Shown here in pieces: positions 60,219 to 64,000 of a DNA stretch of 64,000 bases; the first letter of the stretch is position 1, and each line of letters begins with the position of its first letter. The notes beneath the pieces are model-generated. The model was given only the letters and a program-made list of their open reading frames with translations. It searched no databases and was not told where the DNA came from. The position numbers were made by a program, and so were the translations under genes. Source of the DNA: Acidimicrobiales bacterium (GTDB taxonomy: Bacteria > Actinomycetota > Acidimicrobiia > Acidimicrobiales > Iamiaceae); contig DATMGQ010000097.1 of NCBI GenBank assembly GCA_035555395.1, positions 4,457-68,456 on the forward strand, in the 5' to 3' direction.

Positions 60219-60319
60219 GCTGTTCCGCCTCTCCGGGCCTTCAAGGCCCAGGTTGGAGCCGCTCGGCGGGGCTCACAGGGAGCGGGCTCCCGTCGGCGTG
60301 GCCGTTCTGCCGCCCTCCG

Positions 60320-61042
60320 TCAGTGCAAGTCGAACTCGGCGAGCGCCTTTTCTTCGGCGGGAGTGAGACCGCCCCGCGCCTCGATCAGGTCCGGACGGTC
60401 GCGGATCGTGCGGGCCAGGGCTTGGGCATGGCGCCAGCGAGCCACCTTGCCGTGGTCGCCCGAACGGAGGACGTCGGGCACCTCCCAGCCCCGGAACTCG
60501 GCCGGGCGGGTGTAGTGGGGGTACTCGAGGAGTCCCTCGCTGAACGACTCGTCGTCGCCCGAGGTGGTGTTGCCCATCACACCGGGGACGAGCCGGCCGA
60601 CCGCCTCGATCACCGTCAGCGCCGCGACCTCGCCGCCCGCCAGCACGTAGTCGCCGATGGAGATCTCGCCGTCGACCAGGTGGTCCACGACGCGGGCGTC
60701 GACGCCCTCGTAGCGGCCGCACAAGAGGCTGAACCCGTCGCCGGCGGCCAGCTCCCGGGCGAAGGCCTGGTCGAGCGTCCGTCCGCCCGGGCCCATCAGG
60801 AACAGAGGACGGGGCGGATCGGCGGCCTCGACGGCGGCGAACAGCGGCTCGGGCATGAGCACCATGCCGGCGCCGCCGCCGAAGGGCGAGTCGTCGACGG
60901 TGCGGTGCGGATCGGTGGTCTCCGAGCGCAGGTCGTGGGCCCGGATGTCGAGGAGCCCCCTGTCCTGCGCCTTGCCGAGCAGGGCCTGCGACGTGAAGCC
61001 CTCGACCAGGTCCGGGAAGATGGTGAAGACGTCGATGCGCAC
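60320..61042 (-). CDS. trmD: tRNA (guanine37-N1) methyltransferase TrmD, inverted relative to neighbours
   Basis: RIDVFTIFP, VDDSPFGGGAGMV, LCGRYEGVDARV, SIGDYVLAGGE, LEYPHYTRP, SGDH. Confidence 0.97.
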   Translation of the reverse strand: MRIDVFTIFPDLVEGFTSQALLGKAQDRGLLDIRAHDLRSETTDPHRTVDDSPFGGGAGMVLMPEPLFAAVEAADPPRPLFLMGPGGRTLDQAFARELAAGDGFSLLCGRYEGVDARVVDHLVDGEISIGDYVLAGGEVAALTVIEAVGRLVPGVMGNTTSGDDESFSEGLLEYPHYTRPAEFRGWEVPDVLRSGDHGKVARWRHAQALARTIRDRPDLIEARGGLTPAEEKALAEFDLH

Positions 61043-61163
61043 GTCGTCAGCGTGGCACAGCCGCCTCGGTTGGCCTCGAACCCGCCGCGACCTCTAACGT
61101 TGCCCTCTGCTGTGAGCGCCCTCCGGTGCTCCCCCCAATTCTTCGTCTCAGGATCAGAGTCCC

Positions 61164-61511
61164 ATGAAGACCACCGATGTCATCGACCAAGCCAGCCTCC
61201 GCACCGACGTGCCGGACTTCCAGCCGGGCGACACGCTGAAGGTCCACGTCCGCGTGGTCGAGGGCAACAAGCAGCGCGTGCAGGTCTTCCAGGGCGTCGT
61301 GATCCGCCGCCAGAACGGTGGCGTCCACGAGACCTTCACCGTCCGCAAGCTCTCCTACGGCGTCGGCGTCGAGCGCACCTTCCCGGTCCACTCGCCGATC
61401 ATCGAGAAGATCGAGGTCTTCACCCGCGGCGACGTCCGCCGGGCGAAGCTCTACTACCTGCGGGACCGCGTCGGTAAGGCCGCCAAGGTCAAGGAGAAGC
61501 GCGACTTCTGA
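61164..61511 (+). CDS. rplS: 50S ribosomal protein L19
   Basis: [43 protein letters not shown]. Confidence 0.97.
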   Translation: MKTTDVIDQASLRTDVPDFQPGDTLKVHVRVVEGNKQRVQVFQGVVIRRQNGGVHETFTVRKLSYGVGVERTFPVHSPIIEKIEVFTRGDVRRAKLYYLRDRVGKAAKVKEKRDF

Positions 61512-61637
61512 GTCGTGCCCAGGCGGGTCCATCCCGCCTGATCGTCCGCCCTCGTTGTCACCGGCTGGGCGTACGCTTGCCCTCGTGATCCCCACGCCTG
61601 CATCCGCACCTCCGTGCCGACTCCGGAGCGCCGCTCG

Positions 61638-61943
61638 ATGAGCGCCGACGACCTGGAGCAGTACGAGGCGGAGATCGAGCACCAGCTCTTCCAGGAGTAC
61701 CGAGACGTCTCGCCCACGTTCCAGTACGTGGTCGAGACCGAGCGCCGCTTCTACCTCGCCAACGCCGTCGAGCACACCGTCCACACCGATGGCGGTCGCA
61801 CCCGCGTCGAGCTGCTGATGACGGACGCGTGGGTGTGGGACATGTACCGCCAGACCAAGATGCGCTTCGTGCCGTCGGTCCGGGTCGTCACGTTCAAGGA
61901 CGTGAACATCGAGGAGCTCCCCAAGCCCGACCTCGAGCTGTGA
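61638..61943 (+). CDS. DUF2469 family protein
   Basis: MSADDLEQYE, YVVETERRFYLAN, DAWVWDMYR, TFKDVNIEEL. Confidence 0.92.
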   Translation: MSADDLEQYEAEIEHQLFQEYRDVSPTFQYVVETERRFYLANAVEHTVHTDGGRTRVELLMTDAWVWDMYRQTKMRFVPSVRVVTFKDVNIEELPKPDLEL

Positions 61944-62290
61944 CCGCGGCCCGCCTCCGGTTGGGGGCGGTAGGGGAGGAGCGCGCCGCCGCCTGGTACG
62001 TCGCGCAGGGGTACGCCGTGCTGGCCCGCAACTGGCGGTGCCGGGAGGGCGAGATCGACCTGGTCTGCGCCAAGGGCCGCACGCTCGTGATCTGCGAGGT
62101 GAAGACCCGCTCGTCGCTGGCCTACGGCCACCCCGCCGAGGCGGTCACGCCGGTCAAGCAGCAGCGGCTGCACCGGCTCGCGCTGCTGTGGCTGGCCGCT
62201 CAGGAGCGGCCGGTCCGGGCCGACGCCCTGCGCTTCGACGTCGCCGCCGTGCTCCCGCAGTCGATCGACGTGCTCGAAGCCGCGTTCTAG
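61940..62290 (+). CDS. yraN: YraN family putative endonuclease
   Basis: LG..GE..A, RNWRCREGEIDLV, CEVKTR, AVTPVKQ, RFDV. Confidence 0.93.
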   Translation: MTAARLRLGAVGEERAAAWYVAQGYAVLARNWRCREGEIDLVCAKGRTLVICEVKTRSSLAYGHPAEAVTPVKQQRLHRLALLWLAAQERPVRADALRFDVAAVLPQSIDVLEAAF

Positions 62291-62332
62291 CGCCCGCCAG
62301 CTCGGGGCACGTCGCCCCCGGGCCCTCGATTG

Positions 62333-63030
62333 TTACCGCTGAGCTTCGGCCGCGGTCACGACCGGCAGTGCGTCATCGAGGAGAACCTCGTACTCAGATG
62401 GCGTCGCGTAGGTGCCCACCCAGTACCCGATCAACTCGTGGTGCTCGTTCCGTACTTCGGAGGCTCCGTAGACGATCATGAAGGCGCGAGCCTCGTCATC
62501 GCTGGGTTCGCGTCCAAGGTCAATCATGCGGTCCGCCAACGTGGCGAGTTGCGGCGGTCGCCGAGGTCGATCGTGGCACCGGGCAGTTCCTTCCCGTCAG
62601 GGCCAGCAATTGCTGTCGGCCCGTCGGGCAGTTCGCTCTTGGAGGCCGCACCGTCACTCTGATGGGCGACGGACTGCACTTGGGTGGCACGACGGTCGGG
62701 CGTAGAGCCACAGCCAGCAAGTGACAGGCCGGCTGTCACACCGAGGATCAATGCGAGTCGGGCCGTTGTTGGACGTGTGTGGTTCATGTCGCTCCTCAGG
62801 CGTTGTACGCCGGCGGCGAGGGAGATGACAGACCCGGCATCGGTTTGATCAGCGGTCTCGACGACGACCGACTGGCCCGACGCGCATCGACGGACACCAT
62901 CTGAGGTCGTGTAGGTGTACTGGACTGGCGCACTCGACTTGCACGACACCAGCCCGATTGCGCCGAGGGCGATTGCGGCGAGCCCGACGCGGCTCCGCCA
63001 AAGCGGAACTTGAGGGGGATTCTTGGACAA
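62333..63030 (-). pseudogene. decayed lipoprotein gene pair
   Basis: ORF 62524-63030 holds two lipoprotein signals (LVSC; LAGC after ATG 62787 with GAGGAG RBS); continuation in another frame 62333-62539; visibly lower GC. Confidence 0.45.
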
Positions 63031-63173
63031 GGAACGTCTCCTGCTTGTTGCAGGCTCCGCCGCCGCACATGCCCCTCAGATGTTCCGCCGCTGGAACCCA
63101 CTTCCGATGTGACGGGGCGCACCGAAGGTGCCTCGAACGCCTATGCCAAGGGTGGACGACTCAGAACCGCTTT

Positions 63174-63401
63174 CTAGCGGCGGGGCGCTCGGGCTCGGCC
63201 GCCCGGACGGCGGCGGTGGCGGTGCTCCCAGCAGGCGTGGTGCCAGTGGCGGCGATCGTCGGGGGCGCTCGTCGGCACGGTGACGACGTGGCCCATGCCC
63301 TTCGGGATGTCCTGCTGGCAGCCCGGGCAGATGTACGGCTTCGACGCCTGGTAGGGCTGGATGCGCCGGACCTCGACCTCGTCGTCGGCGTAGGGCCACA
63401 T
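63174..63401 (-). CDS. small conserved actinobacterial Zn-binding protein
   Basis: KPYICPGCQQDI..G..HVV..RRHWHHACW. Confidence 0.8.
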   Translation of the reverse strand: MWPYADDEVEVRRIQPYQASKPYICPGCQQDIPKGMGHVVTVPTSAPDDRRHWHHACWEHRHRRRPGGRARAPRR

Positions 63402-63511
63402 CAGCCGAAGAAGGCCCAGGCGAGCAGCAGCACGCACACCACGACGGCGGCGATGACCATGGCGTAGTCGGCCGGCGTCTTCGCCATCTTGCGGTGCGGG
63501 TTGAAGCCCAT
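63401..63511 (-). CDS. 36-aa single-TM microprotein (not in ORF track)
   Basis: MGFNPHRKMAKTPADYAMVIAAVVVCVLLLAWAFFG; TAGCCT 7 nt upstream; TGATG coupling to next gene. Confidence 0.6.
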   Translation of the reverse strand: MGFNPHRKMAKTPADYAMVIAAVVVCVLLLAWAFFG

Positions 63512-63566
63512 GCCGCCAAGGCTACGGCCCCGGGTCAGGGGCCGGCGAAGCCCCTAGGGTCCGGCC

Positions 63567-64000
63567 ATGACCGGTCCCCATCCCAGGCCCGCCGACACGG
63601 AGGGTGTGCGCCTCGCCCTCGCCGACGGCATCGCGACGCTCACGATGTCCAACCCCCGGAGGAAGAACGCCGTCACCGGGCCCATGTGGGGCGAGCTGGC
63701 GGAGGCGTTCCGCTGGGTGGCCCACGACGACGACGTGCGCGTGCTCGTCATCACCGGCGAGGGCGACGAGTTCTGCTCGGGCGCCGACCTGAGCGACGCA
63801 CCGGAGGCCCACTGGCTGGCCCAGATGCGCCACATCAACACCGGCTGCCAGGCGCTCCACGACATCCCGCAGCCGACCATCGCCCGCGTCGACGGGATCG
63901 CCGCCGGCGCCGGCCTCAACCTCGCGCTGGCGTGTGATCTGGTCGTGGCCTCGGACCGGTCCCGCTTCTCCGAGATCTTCGCCAGGCGCGGCCTGTCCAT
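63567..64000 (+). CDS. enoyl-CoA hydratase family protein (runs off window)
   Basis: NPRRKNA, VITGEGDEFCSGADL, PTIARVDGIAAGAGLNLALACD. Confidence 0.9.
   Translation, partial: MTGPHPRPADTEGVRLALADGIATLTMSNPRRKNAVTGPMWGELAEAFRWVAHDDDVRVLVITGEGDEFCSGADLSDAPEAHWLAQMRHINTGCQALHDIPQPTIARVDGIAAGAGLNLALACDLVVASDRSRFSEIFARRGLS

Noticed and set aside
60219-61163. Recombinase-driven invertible switch around trmD
   Set aside because: Only an 8-bp gctcacag/ctgtgagc match flanks the gene and no recombinase is nearby. The inversion is reported, but switching is unsupported.

Overview
High-GC actinobacterial chromosome segment. Gene content suggests class Acidimicrobiia (Iamia/Aquihabitans-like), which is an inference. 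The backbone is the conserved run rpmB-fakA(DAK2)-recG-rsmD-coaD-sepIVA-like-yceD-rpmF-plsX-acpP-rnc-(fpg-like)-smc...ftsY...ffh-rpsP-khpA-rimM-trmD-rplS-DUF2469-yraN, plus pckG, a polar amino-acid ABC transporter, lipid/CoA enzymes, a MoxR-DUF58-VWA operon and a two-component system with HtrA. Small accessory blocks are interleaved. No rRNA, tRNA, CRISPR array, integrase or transposase was recognised. Most long ORFs in the supplied track are GC-rich shadow frames. Most notable observations: (1) two unrelated secreted proteins 41 kb apart end in the same Thr-linker + GAVPVSGxAxYTG-stop motif, with synonymous DNA divergence and no membrane anchor, a candidate undescribed C-terminal sorting signal; (2) an ECF sigma/anti-sigma islet between ftsY and ffh ends in a secreted protein coupled to an ACP-GNAT fusion; (3) the gene at the mutM position lacks essentially all Fpg catalytic residues; (4) trmD is inverted within the rpsP-rimM-trmD-rplS cluster; (5) two proteins share an Mrr-type N-terminal domain, only one with a nuclease; (6) a family of ~50-bp CGAA...TTCG palindromes. 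All calls come from motif recognition by eye, without database searches.
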